64,000 nucleotides of DNA, taken from Desulfatiglandales bacterium. GTDB taxonomy: Bacteria > Desulfobacterota > DSM-4660 > Desulfatiglandales > HGW-15. Shown piece after piece: positions 1 through 10,463 of this stretch. Where the stretch lies: the NCBI GenBank assembly GCA_963667015.2, contig CAXXJJ010000004.1:480001-544000 (forward strand). Reading direction: 5' to 3'. Both the position numbers and the translations under genes were made by a program. The notes below the pieces were generated by a model. The model made no database searches and was not told the DNA's origin. It saw only the letters and a program-made list of their open reading frames with translations. Each line of letters starts with the position of its first letter. The first letter of the stretch is position 1.

Positions 1-569
1 CCATTGAAAAGGTCAGGATTTAGTTCCACGAGTTTATCGATACATGATTGAGCCATACCCAACTGGGCGATAGCGGCAGGCTTATCAAGATTAAGATTTA
101 TCCATGAACTCCAGGATACAGTAGCCCATAAAAGAGAATTAAGCCCCTTATCATCCAGGCCGTTAAAAAGATATTCAAGTACCTCTTTGTTTATCTTTTC
201 CGGATTTTCACTAAAGCCGACTGCCTTTAATCCATAAACAGTTGCCCTGTAATAAAGTTTAGAAGCCCTTTCCCGGTTGTCATCGCTCTCAACAAAAAGC
301 AAACTGTAACCGCAAAAGCCCATGCTCAGCAGCCTGAGTATCTCAGGATTTTCCGGATCATTCTTTAAAATACCTTCCAGTAACTTGAGGTTAGCCGGGA
401 TTGCTTCCTTGGCTAGATCAGGATCACATTCTTCAAAGATAGACCCGGATATATTCCGGAATAATGCCGGTGACATCCTGAGAGCCATCTTCATGCATCC
501 GCTACAAGGCAATAGAATTATCCAGAGCGAAAATAATGATAATATAAAGTATCTTATTTTTTTATTCAT
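1..569 (-). CDS. TRAP-transporter TatT-like (TPAT T-component) lipoprotein, runs off the window start
   Basis: Not in ORF track. Manual translation from ATG at 569: MNKKIRYFILSLFSLWIILLPCSGC (lipoprotein signal) ...EECDPDLAKEAIPANLKLLEGILKNDPEN...GFCGYSLLFVE...RASKLY, which resembles the TatT family. Confidence 0.7.
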   Translation of the reverse strand, partial: MNKKIRYFILSLFSLWIILLPCSGCMKMALRMSPALFRNISGSIFEECDPDLAKEAIPANLKLLEGILKNDPENPEILRLLSMGFCGYSLLFVESDDNRERASKLYYRATVYGLKAVGFSENPEKINKEVLEYLFNGLDDKGLNSLLWATVSWSSWINLNLDKPAAIAQLGMAQSCIDKLVELNPDLFN

Positions 570-769
570 AGCTGTATTATCATTTAAAATTAAACTATAT
601 TGTGTCAAATTATATTTATAAGTATTAACATAAAAAAATAGACACCCGCAAGAGTAAAAAAATCACGATAAGTATGCTAAACCTTCACAATAACTAAAAG
701 ATTTTGCTGGTGTTTATCAAATTTTCAATTATAATAATTTGATTATCATCAACAGGAGGATGACTTTTA

Positions 770-1654
770 ATGAAAATATTGCTTTTGGGTTCGAGTGGAC
801 TACTTGGAAATGATTGCAGGGAAGTGCTGACGGATGAACATGAAGTTATTGCTCCATCCAGTTCCGAACTTGATATCATTAGCTGGGACGTTGTTATAGA
901 CAGCCTTCATAAAATATCTCCGGATGTAATTATTAATTGCGCCGGTTATACAGATGTTAATGGCTGCGAAACTGAAGATTTTAAAGTCAGGAAGATAAAT
1001 ATTGAAGGACCTCGAAATTTTGCACAGGGTTCTGCAAGATATAACTGCCGAATGATTCATATTTCAAGTGATTATGTATTCAGTGGTCAAAAAGGTATAC
1101 CTCAACCTTATTTTGAGGATGATCCTGTTGACCCTGTATCTGCATACGGAAGATGTAAAGTTGAGAGTGAAGTTGCAGTCAAGGAAAATGCCCCAAACTA
1201 TATAATTATACGAACAGGGTGGTTATATGGCAGGTATGGTAATGACTTTATTGATTCTCTTCTTCTTAAATCAGCAAAAAGCCCTAGAAAGACTATAAAG
1301 GTAATAGATGATCAGGTTGGCTCACCTACCTGGACCTATCGCCTTGCACACCAGATAAAGGCCTTGCTTAAAACCGATTTAAAAGGGACTTTTCATGCTA
1401 CGTCAGAAGGCTTTTGCAGTAGATATGAGTTTGCCAAACATGTATTTGAACAAATGAACATTAAAACTCCGATCAAGCCATGCAGCATTTCAGAGTATCC
1501 TCAGCCGGCAAAAAGGCCGCTTAACTGCATACTTGAAAACAGGCTTTTGAAAACTCTGGGGCATAATGTTATGGCTGACTGGAAGGAAGATGTTGATCAA
1601 TACCTTGAACTGTTTGGAAAGGATATAGTTAAGGAAGCAAAAGCAAAGAAATAA
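770..1654 (+). CDS. rfbD: dTDP-4-dehydrorhamnose reductase
   Basis: GSSGLLG Rossmann motif, INCAGYTDV, HISSDYVF, YGRCK (YxxxK), DDQVGSPT, PAKRP; AGGAGG RBS upstream. Confidence 0.9.
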   Translation: MKILLLGSSGLLGNDCREVLTDEHEVIAPSSSELDIISWDVVIDSLHKISPDVIINCAGYTDVNGCETEDFKVRKINIEGPRNFAQGSARYNCRMIHISSDYVFSGQKGIPQPYFEDDPVDPVSAYGRCKVESEVAVKENAPNYIIIRTGWLYGRYGNDFIDSLLLKSAKSPRKTIKVIDDQVGSPTWTYRLAHQIKALLKTDLKGTFHATSEGFCSRYEFAKHVFEQMNIKTPIKPCSISEYPQPAKRPLNCILENRLLKTLGHNVMADWKEDVDQYLELFGKDIVKEAKAKK

Positions 1655-1861
1655 GTATGATTTTAAGGGTTTACGGTCTGCGATCTGGGGTATACGTTCG
1701 ATTTTAAGAAACCTTATATCGTATACCGTATACCATTTTAATTCTGTTTTTTTAAGCCACCTTTACACTATTTCCTCACCGCAATCCCCGGTTTATATGT
1801 TGTAATATACCTTTATGATTTATATGTTAATAATTATTAAGTAATCTGAAATAAAGAGGCC

Positions 1862-2842
1862 ATGTCTAATAATACAATATCACAAAAGCCCCCCCTGATA
1901 ACGGTAGGAATCGATCAGATTTCCGATGAAGATGGAAAATTCTGCATGAGTTATGGTTTTGATAACTCTACACTTAAAAAATCCATATCACAGGTTGGCA
2001 TAATAAATAATCCTTTTGTTTTCAGAAACAATAAGGGCTCAATAGAAGTGGTAACCGGCTTAAGGCGAATACTCGCTCTTAAAGAACTTGGTATAAAAAA
2101 GGTTGAATGTTTTGATTTGACTGACTCCGGCATGACACCATATGCCATGTTAAAATTTGCTATTTATGATAATCTATTTAACAGAGAATTCAATCTTGTT
2201 GAAAAAAGCTTAATAATTAAGACATTATTAACATTAGTTAAAGATGTTAATTCAATAAAAGAATTGACTTCCTTAATAAATGTTAATCATAAAGATTATG
2301 ATTTGATTTTAAAACTCGAGAGCCTGGATGAATCGATAAAGAAGTCTATTTCTTCTGGAGCTCTTAACATAAAGGCACTTGAACGCCTTGTTGAGTTATC
2401 AATTGACAATCAATTAATATGCAGCAACTGGATAAATAATTTAAAGTTAAACTATAACCAACAGGTTCTATTCATTGATTATATTACCGATATATCCAGA
2501 ATTGAAAAGATAGCAATCCTGGAACTTCTAAATGATGAATATTTCCGACGCCTTCTTGCAGATAAAAAGAAAAATACTCCTCAAAAGGCAAAGATATTAA
2601 TAGATAACCTGAGAGAAAGAAGAAATCCCGATTACTCCAGGTATCAACAACTCTTTGAAAAAAGAATCAGCAAACTGCAACTTCCAAAAAATATTAAGAT
2701 AAAATATCCCAGATATTTTGAGGAAGAATATTACCAATTAGAAGTTGAGTTTAAAGACGGTAATGAGCTCAGGAAGGGCCTCAAAGACCTTATTGAGAAA
2801 GACGAACTTGCAACTATAGGTGATCCCTGGCTCAACGAGTAA
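1862..2842 (+). CDS. ParB/Srx N-terminal domain protein
   Basis: LKKSISQVGIINNP...EVVTGLRRILALKELG is a ParB-like N-terminal motif; helical C-terminus. Confidence 0.7.
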   Translation: MSNNTISQKPPLITVGIDQISDEDGKFCMSYGFDNSTLKKSISQVGIINNPFVFRNNKGSIEVVTGLRRILALKELGIKKVECFDLTDSGMTPYAMLKFAIYDNLFNREFNLVEKSLIIKTLLTLVKDVNSIKELTSLINVNHKDYDLILKLESLDESIKKSISSGALNIKALERLVELSIDNQLICSNWINNLKLNYNQQVLFIDYITDISRIEKIAILELLNDEYFRRLLADKKKNTPQKAKILIDNLRERRNPDYSRYQQLFEKRISKLQLPKNIKIKYPRYFEEEYYQLEVEFKDGNELRKGLKDLIEKDELATIGDPWLNE

Positions 2843-2850
2843 ATACTATT

Positions 2851-3945
2851 ATGAAGTACAAGATAAATAAAATACAGATAGAAGAGGGGGCAAAAAAATT
2901 TCCCCTCACATCAGAAATAACGAAAAACCTTAGCACTATCCCCATTGCCAGTTTAAAAGACGGCGAAGACACGCATATAAAAGACCTGGATATGGATAAG
3001 GAGACCTTAAGGCTGCTATCCTTTAAGGGTGAGTTCCTGAAACCCTGTCCGGGCACTAATAACTATATCTGTTGCGGATACCAGATCTTAAACATCGGCA
3101 CAAACTGTCCTTTGGATTGCAGCTATTGCATTTTACAGGCATATTTCAACAAACCATCCCTTAGAATCTTCGTTAACCTTGAAGATGAACTGGCAGCAGC
3201 AAGTGAGATCATTGATAATTCTCCCGAAAAATTATACAGGATAGGGACTGGAGAATTTACTGACAGCCTTGCTCTTGAAGAGATCCATCGATTCAGTCAT
3301 CTGTTGACAGATTTTATAGGTAAGAAAAAGAACAGTGTTATAGAATTCAAGACTAAAACTACTGAAATTAAAAGGCTTTTTGACTTAAAAACGCGTGAAA
3401 GAGTAATAGTCTCCTGGTCGCTGAATAGCCCCTACATTGTTTCACATGAAGAACACAAGGCTCCTTCAATAGAGCAGAGACTCACAGCAGCAAAAAAATG
3501 CCAGGAAGATGGTTTTATTACCGGTTTTCATTTTGATCCTCTGATCCGGCATGATAACTGGAAGGACCAATATAAAAAAACCATTGATTTAATGGATAAG
3601 TACCTCGATCCGGATAAAATAATTTGGATAAGTATGGGCTGTATACGCTTTGTACCTGCTTTAAAGCCTATAATATTGAAAAGACATCCTGAAACTATAA
3701 TTCTGGATGGTGAATTCATTCAGGGTCTTGATGGCAAATCACGGTATTTAAAACCGCTCCGCATTGAAATGTATCGATTTTTGAAAAAACAATTGGAGGA
3801 CTGGGCAGGGCATAATCCCGGCGTATATTTATGTATGGAAAGTGACGAAATATGGCGTAAAGGCACAGGCTGGTCGCCTGTGAATTCAGATGGCCTATCT
3901 GAATATCTAGATAACAGGGTAGGATTATTCTGGGATATAAACTAA
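2851..3945 (+). CDS. Spore photoproduct lyase-like radical SAM protein
   Basis: CPLDCSYC cluster motif, GTGEFTDSL, EFKTK, SWSLN, GFHFDP, YLCME are typical of SplB-like proteins. Confidence 0.85.
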   Translation: MKYKINKIQIEEGAKKFPLTSEITKNLSTIPIASLKDGEDTHIKDLDMDKETLRLLSFKGEFLKPCPGTNNYICCGYQILNIGTNCPLDCSYCILQAYFNKPSLRIFVNLEDELAAASEIIDNSPEKLYRIGTGEFTDSLALEEIHRFSHLLTDFIGKKKNSVIEFKTKTTEIKRLFDLKTRERVIVSWSLNSPYIVSHEEHKAPSIEQRLTAAKKCQEDGFITGFHFDPLIRHDNWKDQYKKTIDLMDKYLDPDKIIWISMGCIRFVPALKPIILKRHPETIILDGEFIQGLDGKSRYLKPLRIEMYRFLKKQLEDWAGHNPGVYLCMESDEIWRKGTGWSPVNSDGLSEYLDNRVGLFWDIN

Positions 3946-3969
3946 TATAAAAAATATCGGGAGAAATTC

Positions 3970-4194
3970 ATGCTAAAAGAAAAGGTTGAAAGCACACTGG
4001 AAAAGATAAGACCGTCACTTCAGGCGGATGGCGGAGATGTTGAGCTTGTAGACATCGATAAAGATGGTGTAGTCAGGGTCAAACTGCAGGGAGCCTGCGC
4101 AAGCTGCCCAATGTCAACAATGACATTAAAGATGGGGATTGAAAAAATATTAAAACAGAACATTCCAGAGATAGAAAGAGTTGAGTCTGTTTAA
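3970..4194 (+). CDS. NifU/Nfu-like Fe-S cluster carrier
   Basis: [14 protein letters not shown]...GACASCP motif. Confidence 0.9.
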   Translation: MLKEKVESTLEKIRPSLQADGGDVELVDIDKDGVVRVKLQGACASCPMSTMTLKMGIEKILKQNIPEIERVESV

Positions 4195-4215
4195 ACAGAT
4201 TCAACTGAATAAAAA

Positions 4216-4254
4216 AGCAGTTCCATATAAAAAAATGGAACTGCTGAATTTTTT
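4216..4254. terminator. Probable bidirectional intrinsic terminator
   Basis: AGCAGTTCCAT/ATGGAACTGCT stem with an A-run on the left and a T-run on the right, between convergent genes. Confidence 0.7.
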
Positions 4255-4271
4255 GGCACTAAAATAGAGGG

Positions 4272-4361
4272 CTATTTATTTTTATGCCTCATCTTTTTTA
4301 TCTGTTTCCTGTATTTATGCTTCCTGATTTTTTTGCGGCGTTTCTTTACAACACTACCCAT
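4272..4361 (-). CDS. 30S ribosomal protein bS22 (AURKAIP1/COX24-type small basic protein), 29 aa
   Basis: Below the ORF track cutoff. Manual translation MGSVVKKRRKKIRKHKYRKQIKKMRHKNK; GGAGG RBS upstream. Confidence 0.85.
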   Translation of the reverse strand: MGSVVKKRRKKIRKHKYRKQIKKMRHKNK

Positions 4362-4501
4362 TAAAGGACCTCCATTCAAAGTTAAAGATACATAATATAT
4401 TTATATTTAATTTGTCAATACCTATCTAAAAAAGAAGAGGATATCTTGATTAACCGCTACACTTATATTAGTTTACATAATATACATTATCAGAAGTTAT
4501 T

Positions 4502-5398
4502 TTATTGTCTCTTTTCCTTGTCTTCTTTAGATTTATAAAGATCTTTATCTGCTATATCAATAAGTTCTTTAGCAGTCATATCTCCTTTACAGATTGAATA
4601 ACCAACGCTTATCGTTACCTTTCCTTTATTACAAAAGGCTTTTTCAATTCTGCTGCCGATCTCTTTTGCGATCTCCGTGTCTGCATCAATAAGTATAACC
4701 GCAAATTCATCACCGCCATACCGGTATCCTGAATCCACGCCGTCCCTAATGGAATTGCGTATAATTTCGCCAGCCTCTCGAAGGACCTCGTCTCCGGCCA
4801 GATGCCCATAATTATCATTGTAGACCTTAAAATCATTAAGATCCATGAGCATGATCGTCAGTGAAGTGTTCTGTCTTTTTGCCCTTTTTATTTCATCATT
4901 CAGTCGATAATAAAAATGTCTCTGATTGAAAAGCTCTGTAAGTGCATCGGTTATTGATAACCTGTTAAGCTCTTTTCGAAGGTTCCTTTCATTGATTATC
5001 CTTCTTATCTTGGCCTCGAGTTCCTCAATTCCAAAAGGCTTTTTAATAAAATCATTTGCTCCTGCATTGATGACATCAACGTAGGTATATCCTTCCGAAT
5101 ACCCGGTCATGGCAATTACACTTACATCATGCTCGTCGCATATCATTTTAATCAGATCCATTCCATCAATGCCAGGCATCTTCATATCAGTTAAGACCAT
5201 TGAATAATCTTTGTTCCCCAGCATTTTCAGGGCTTCGTCACCATTTGATGCTGAATGTGAAGATATGCCTACGACCTCAAGCAGCTTTTCGAGTGTTTCC
5301 CTTAAAAAAGGATCATCATCAACAATAAGGATCAATTCATTGGAATAGTTAATATTTAAAGGTTCCATATCAGAACTTATACCTGTTAAAGAAAACAA
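4502..5398 (-). CDS. Response regulator diguanylate cyclase (REC-GGDEF); true start may be ATG 5368
   Basis: IVDDD...TDMKMPGIDG receiver domain; DALTELFN and RYGGDEF. Confidence 0.9.
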   Translation of the reverse strand: MFSLTGISSDMEPLNINYSNELILIVDDDPFLRETLEKLLEVVGISSHSASNGDEALKMLGNKDYSMVLTDMKMPGIDGMDLIKMICDEHDVSVIAMTGYSEGYTYVDVINAGANDFIKKPFGIEELEAKIRRIINERNLRKELNRLSITDALTELFNQRHFYYRLNDEIKRAKRQNTSLTIMLMDLNDFKVYNDNYGHLAGDEVLREAGEIIRNSIRDGVDSGYRYGGDEFAVILIDADTEIAKEIGSRIEKAFCNKGKVTISVGYSICKGDMTAKELIDIADKDLYKSKEDKEKRQ

Positions 5399-5409
5399 CC
5401 AGTTAGCAG

Positions 5410-6744
5410 TTAAATCAATTCACCCAGCAGTGAATTGATGAAGGCACGTTTGATATTTACATTAACAAGTTGCCCTATTATATTAGATTTACTGGTGAAA
5501 TTTATAACTTTATTTGTATCGGTTCTACCTGTGTATTGTATCCCCTGTTTGCTTATTCCGTCTACAAGAATTTCTTTTGTTCTTCCTTCAAGACGTTTAT
5601 TTCTAAGCAATGTCTTTTCTTTTTGTAAATCCTGCAATATCTTAAGCCTGGATGATTTAACCTTTTCATCAAGCTTGTTAGGCATTTCAGATGCTTTTGT
5701 TCCTTTGCGGTCTGAATATTTAAATGAAAATAGATTATCAAACTCTATTTTTTCAATTAGGTCAAGCGTCTTTTTGAAATCAGCTTCACTTTCGCCTGGA
5801 AAACCTACAATTACATCGCTAGTAATAGCAAACTCAGGATCAATCTCTCTAAGTTTTTGCGTAAGCCGAAAGTAATCATCCCTGCTATATTTACGATTCA
5901 TCAATTTGAGTACCTTGTTTGATCCTGATTGGAAAGGCAAATGCATATGGTGGCAGAGTTTTTCCACTTTATTAAATGATTCAATCAGGTCATCTGACAA
6001 ATCTTTTGGATGGGATGTTGTGAACCTTATTCTGAAAAGACCCTCTATATCCCCGATCATTTTAAGCAGTTCAGGAAAGGATCCCCCCCTGCCCTTTCCG
6101 GAAGAAGAATAGGAATTAACGTTTTGACCAAGCAGGGTTATTTCTTTTACTCCCTGTCTTACAAGGTTTTCGGCTTCTTTAAGTATATCTTCAGGCGATC
6201 TGCTGATTTCCCTGCCCCTCACATATGGAACAATACAATAGCTGCAAAAATTATTGCATCCTTCCATTATGGACAGGTTGCTTTTTATCCTGCCTTTAAA
6301 ATGTTCTCCTGGATTTCTAATATCATGAATTGGAGTCAATGTAATATCTGTTGAGGCCAATCTCTCATTATAATTAATAATTCGGTCCAGGATCTCGCTT
6401 ATCCTCCCTACTTCTCTCGTACCCATGACAAAGTTGAGCTCAGGGTATTTTTTTAAAAGCGACTTTCCTTCCTGCTGGGCAATGCACCCCATAAATCCAA
6501 GAATTATCTCAGGTCGTTTCTTTTTCAGCTTGATCATTCTGCCAAGAAAACTAAAGGCCTTTTGTTCAGCCTTTTCCCTTACACTGCATGTGTTGATAAT
6601 AATCAGGCTGGCATTGTCCGGCGATTCAGAGGTGATATAACCCTTATCTTCAAGAATACAGGAAAGGTAATCAGAATCGTATTCATTCATCTGACAACCC
6701 ATTGTAGATATATAATATCTGTTTGTTTTTTTAGTATGAGACAT
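5410..6744 (-). CDS. miaB: tRNA-2-methylthio-N6-dimethylallyladenosine synthase
   Basis: TMGCQMNEYDS, NTCSVREKAE, GCNNFCSYCIVPYVRG, TTSHP, C-terminal TRAM domain. Confidence 0.95.
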   Translation of the reverse strand: MSHTKKTNRYYISTMGCQMNEYDSDYLSCILEDKGYITSESPDNASLIIINTCSVREKAEQKAFSFLGRMIKLKKKRPEIILGFMGCIAQQEGKSLLKKYPELNFVMGTREVGRISEILDRIINYNERLASTDITLTPIHDIRNPGEHFKGRIKSNLSIMEGCNNFCSYCIVPYVRGREISRSPEDILKEAENLVRQGVKEITLLGQNVNSYSSSGKGRGGSFPELLKMIGDIEGLFRIRFTTSHPKDLSDDLIESFNKVEKLCHHMHLPFQSGSNKVLKLMNRKYSRDDYFRLTQKLREIDPEFAITSDVIVGFPGESEADFKKTLDLIEKIEFDNLFSFKYSDRKGTKASEMPNKLDEKVKSSRLKILQDLQKEKTLLRNKRLEGRTKEILVDGISKQGIQYTGRTDTNKVINFTSKSNIIGQLVNVNIKRAFINSLLGELI

Positions 6745-6765
6745 TTTAAATATTATTCATTTCGA

Positions 6766-6981
6766 TTATATTGGATTTAATTTTATCCCTTCATCAACTC
6801 TTAAGGAGTGGACAAGTTCATTTACTATATATTCACAACCGGGAGCGATCTTTAATTCGATAACTGCCTCAACCGGATTGATTGTTGAGACGATTGCCAT
6901 CCCGTCATAGGATTCTATTATCCATCTGATATAGCTTATTCTGGATTTATCAACCAGATATGATTTCCTAATTGTCACCAT
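6766..6981 (-). CDS. Small conserved protein (DUF4911-like)
   Basis: ISYIRWIIESYDGMAIVSTI motif; overlaps the nadK stop and precedes miaB. Confidence 0.7.
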   Translation of the reverse strand: MVTIRKSYLVDKSRISYIRWIIESYDGMAIVSTINPVEAVIELKIAPGCEYIVNELVHSLRVDEGIKLNPI

Positions 6982-7864
6982 CTTTATTATAGGTTGCTCC
7001 GCCCCATTTCATCTTTTTTCTTAGAATTTCATAATATGTCTGATCCGGTGATTTAAAGAGCCGTATATTTGCATCGGATTTATATATGAGGACCTTATCC
7101 CCTTCAAGAAGATCGAAACCAACCTGTCCGTCAAAGGTCAGACTCACCTTTTCTTCACTTTCCTTTAACATCATTATCGATATTACTGCAGATTCAGGAA
7201 GTATTATCGGCCGGTTTGTAAGGGTAAAAGGACAGATCGGAGTTAAAATAACATTTGAGATTGTCGGATAAAGTATGGGCCCACCGGCAGCAAGATTGTA
7301 ACCCGTTGAACCGGTCGGTGTGGAAATTATAAGTCCGTCAGATCTGAAAGTTGTTAAAAATTCGTCGTTTATCAAAACATCCAGTTCAATGATCCTCGCA
7401 AGGGCACCTTTATTGATCACTACGTCATTGAGGGTTTGGAACCTGAATACTTCTTTTCCATCCCTGAGAACTTTAGTCTCAAGCATAAGCCTTTGCTCAA
7501 TCTCGAGACTTTTGTTAAGTACCATTTCTATTGAGGGGTAAAGTTTTTTTATGGGGATGCAGGTTAAAAAACCCAGACCTCCCAGATTGACACCGAGTAT
7601 AGGGATACCATGCCTGCCATATTTTCTGGATGCGCCAAGTAATGTTCCGTCTCCTCCAAGTACGATTATCCATTTGAGGTCATTTACAGGTAATAAAGCC
7701 GGATCATCGTAATTTATTTCATGTTGTCCGTTTGGACCCATTTCTTCAGAAAATGTTTTAATTCCTTTGTCATTTAGCCATTCAACAAGTTTTTCAGCCT
7801 CTTTTTTTGCTGGTTCAAACCTGTGTTTGTAAATTACCCCAACCGAAATATCATTCATTTGCAT
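6968..7864 (-). CDS. nadK: NAD kinase
   Basis: GGDGT, GVNLGGLGFL, LNDVVI, DGLIISTPTGSTGYNLAAGGP. Confidence 0.95.
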   Translation of the reverse strand: MQMNDISVGVIYKHRFEPAKKEAEKLVEWLNDKGIKTFSEEMGPNGQHEINYDDPALLPVNDLKWIIVLGGDGTLLGASRKYGRHGIPILGVNLGGLGFLTCIPIKKLYPSIEMVLNKSLEIEQRLMLETKVLRDGKEVFRFQTLNDVVINKGALARIIELDVLINDEFLTTFRSDGLIISTPTGSTGYNLAAGGPILYPTISNVILTPICPFTLTNRPIILPESAVISIMMLKESEEKVSLTFDGQVGFDLLEGDKVLIYKSDANIRLFKSPDQTYYEILRKKMKWGGATYNKDGDN

Positions 7865-7870
7865 ATCCTT

Positions 7871-8761
7871 TTATCTATGATTATTCGTTGGTTGAATATT
7901 AAACTGCTCAGCCACATATTCAGGAACATTAACACTTCCCATGAGAACAGGTTGTTGATGACAGTCAGACCCGCCTGAAACCAGTAATTGCTTTTTTGCT
8001 GCATACTTTATATATGAGTCGATGGTTGTTTTATCATGGGCAGAGTGCCAGCATTCAATTCCGTCAATAAATGGAAGCATGGATTCTGTTATTATTTCCT
8101 GCTGTGTGTCCATATCTCTTGTGAATTTAATTAATGATGTTCCACGCGGATGATTCGGGTGCGCCATAAAAAGCTTTCCGCCGGCGTTTCTAACAAGGCT
8201 TGATGCCTCTTCCAGGGACAACGGTATCTTGGGCACATTGCACTTTACAAGGTATCGGTCAAAGGCTTCCTGCCTTTCTTTAACTACCCCTTTTTTTACC
8301 ATATATTCAGCGATATGAGGCCTTCCAAATGCTCCGTCAACAGATTTTTCAATCTCATGAAGGTCATCTGGTGTAAATTTTTTCCTGTTTTCCCTTGAAA
8401 GTTCAACATTAATATTTTCCAGTATCTGTTCAGCTCGTTTCCATCTATGAGCCCTGAGATCCTCAAGTTTGTTGTTCAGGTCTTCATTCCCTGGGGCAAA
8501 GTCATAACCCAGAAAATCAAGGGATATGGGCTTTGAATTATTATAGGCCGGATGAGTAAAAGTAACACTTAATTCAAGACCGGAGATATATCTGATATCG
8601 TATTCCGCGGAAAGAATCCTTGCCTCATCCTGACAGGCTATTGAATCATGGTCAGTTATTGAGATTAGACCAATACCAATCTGAGATGCCTTTTTAAATA
8701 TTTCCTTTAATGTAAACTGCCCATCCGAACAAACGGAGTGAACATGCAAGTCAATTATCAT
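7871..8761 (-). CDS. PHP-domain metal-dependent phosphoesterase
   Basis: DLHVHSVCSDG, ITDHD, GRPHIA, AHP, GGSDCH. Confidence 0.9.
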   Translation of the reverse strand: MIIDLHVHSVCSDGQFTLKEIFKKASQIGIGLISITDHDSIACQDEARILSAEYDIRYISGLELSVTFTHPAYNNSKPISLDFLGYDFAPGNEDLNNKLEDLRAHRWKRAEQILENINVELSRENRKKFTPDDLHEIEKSVDGAFGRPHIAEYMVKKGVVKERQEAFDRYLVKCNVPKIPLSLEEASSLVRNAGGKLFMAHPNHPRGTSLIKFTRDMDTQQEIITESMLPFIDGIECWHSAHDKTTIDSYIKYAAKKQLLVSGGSDCHQQPVLMGSVNVPEYVAEQFNIQPTNNHR

Positions 8762-8823
8762 GAAATTCCTTTCGGTTAAAAAGGCATCATTATCAATAAT
8801 TTCACTGTTATGTCGAGAAAAAA

Positions 8824-9471
8824 TTAAGCCTGGCTTGCGAGTTGATATCTCCAGTAATACTCAAAAACCTTTTTAATATAAGTCCGTGTGGCTCTAAAAG
8901 GCGGAATACCATTATATTTTCTTACTTTTTTGCTGCCGGCATTGTATGCGGCAAGTGCAAGTTCAAGGTCTCCATTATATCTATCGAGCAGCATCTTGAT
9001 ATACTTAGCGCCCCCATAAACATTATGAGCCGGGTCATATATATCTTCAACACCAAGCGCATTTGCTGTAGCAGGCATTAACTGCATCAATCCAATTGCA
9101 CCTCTCTTTGAGATTGCCCTGTGATTATAGCTGGATTCAGCCATAATAATAGCCTTGATCAGTGCCGGCTCAACCCCGTACTTTTCTGCCGCATCATTGA
9201 TGATACTATTATATATTCCTTCCTTGCGTGATGTATAAAGCCGTGAATTAAATTTTTTATTCAGCTTACTGATTATTTCCGCTTTATAAGGTCTTGAATC
9301 TTTCAGAAGAGGGTTTGTAACAGGGGTAATTCTGTCTTTTGGAAATGCAATGAAAGACAATATAAAAACTATTGAAAATATTCCGCATAAAATCTTGTTC
9401 ACGGAATATTTATTAAATGATGAATCTGTTTCCACTTTTTGACCTCCCATAAAACTGGAGTAAACTCTCAT
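8824..9471 (-). CDS. Lytic transglycosylase (SLT domain), membrane-anchored
   Basis: AES, GAIGLMQLMP, ALAAYNAG motifs; N-terminal TM helix. Confidence 0.9.
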   Translation of the reverse strand: MRVYSSFMGGQKVETDSSFNKYSVNKILCGIFSIVFILSFIAFPKDRITPVTNPLLKDSRPYKAEIISKLNKKFNSRLYTSRKEGIYNSIINDAAEKYGVEPALIKAIIMAESSYNHRAISKRGAIGLMQLMPATANALGVEDIYDPAHNVYGGAKYIKMLLDRYNGDLELALAAYNAGSKKVRKYNGIPPFRATRTYIKKVFEYYWRYQLASQA

Positions 9472-9603
9472 AAAAAAACAGGTTTGTCAAGCTGCGTAGT
9501 TCTGTAGATACAACTTCTGAAAAAGTCACAATTTATCATATTGCCATAACTGTCAATATCTACTATTTTATCCCACAAAATATTCACTATGATGGAGGTT
9601 AAA

Positions 9604-10419
9604 ATGATAAACAAGATAAATGAAGCCGCTGATTTTCTTACTTCAAAAATATCTGGAACGCCTGAGATAGGCATGATTACCGGAACAGGACTGGGGAGCC
9701 TCACTGACAGAATGAAAGTAGACGTACGTATTCCATATGAAGATATCCCACATTTTCCAACATCAACAGTAACAGGCCATGACGGTTTTTTAGCATCAGG
9801 CAGCATAGCCGGCAAAAATGTAATTACCATGGAAGGACGTTTTCATCTTTACGAAGGCTACAGCCCGGCAGAGGTGACCTTCCCTGTAAGGGTCATGAAA
9901 AAACTTGGAATAAAATACCTTTTTATTTCCAGTGCCGCAGGTGGATTCAATCCGCAGTACAAAGCCGGCGACCTTATGGTTATTGATGATCACATCAATT
10001 ATACCGGTATAGACCCTTTAATAGGTCCCAACCTTGATGAATTAGGGCCGCGATTCCCTGACATGTCAAGGGTGTATGATCCTGATTTGATAATGCTGGC
10101 AAAGAAAAATGCAATGAAACAGCTGATCGATCTCAAGCAGGGTGTTTATATCGGAATAACCGGTCCATGCCTTGAGACACCGGCTGAAGTCCGTCTGATG
10201 AGGATGCTTGGAGCTGATGCAGTCGGCATGTCTACTGTACATGAGGTAATAGTAGGAGTTCATTGCGGTTTAAAGATAATGGCAATAGTAGTCATCACTG
10301 ACGTAGATCTTCCTGACTGCATGGAAGAGATAAAGGTTGAGGAGGTTATTGCTACAGCAGAGGCTGCAAGCCCCGGCCTTACATCGCTGTGGGAGAATGT
10401 TATCACTGAATTAGCTTAG
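9604..10419 (+). CDS. Purine-nucleoside phosphorylase (trimeric PNP/MTAP fold)
   Basis: GTGLG, GRFHLYEG, DHIN, GPRFPDM, GPCLETPAE, GADAVGMSTVHE; GGAGG before ATG 9604. Confidence 0.9.
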   Translation: MINKINEAADFLTSKISGTPEIGMITGTGLGSLTDRMKVDVRIPYEDIPHFPTSTVTGHDGFLASGSIAGKNVITMEGRFHLYEGYSPAEVTFPVRVMKKLGIKYLFISSAAGGFNPQYKAGDLMVIDDHINYTGIDPLIGPNLDELGPRFPDMSRVYDPDLIMLAKKNAMKQLIDLKQGVYIGITGPCLETPAEVRLMRMLGADAVGMSTVHEVIVGVHCGLKIMAIVVITDVDLPDCMEEIKVEEVIATAEAASPGLTSLWENVITELA

Positions 10420-10463
10420 TTTCCAATTAGTGCCTCAAATACAATTTATGAATGGGCACTAGC

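Noticed and set aside
322..621. 99-aa plus-strand ORF
   Set aside because: Overlaps the TatT-like gene on the minus strand, which has a lipoprotein signal and family motifs
1660..1740. Heptamer-like repeats (CGTATAC) after rfbD as a mobile element or ncRNA
   Set aside because: Short and degenerate; at most a loose hairpin or terminator
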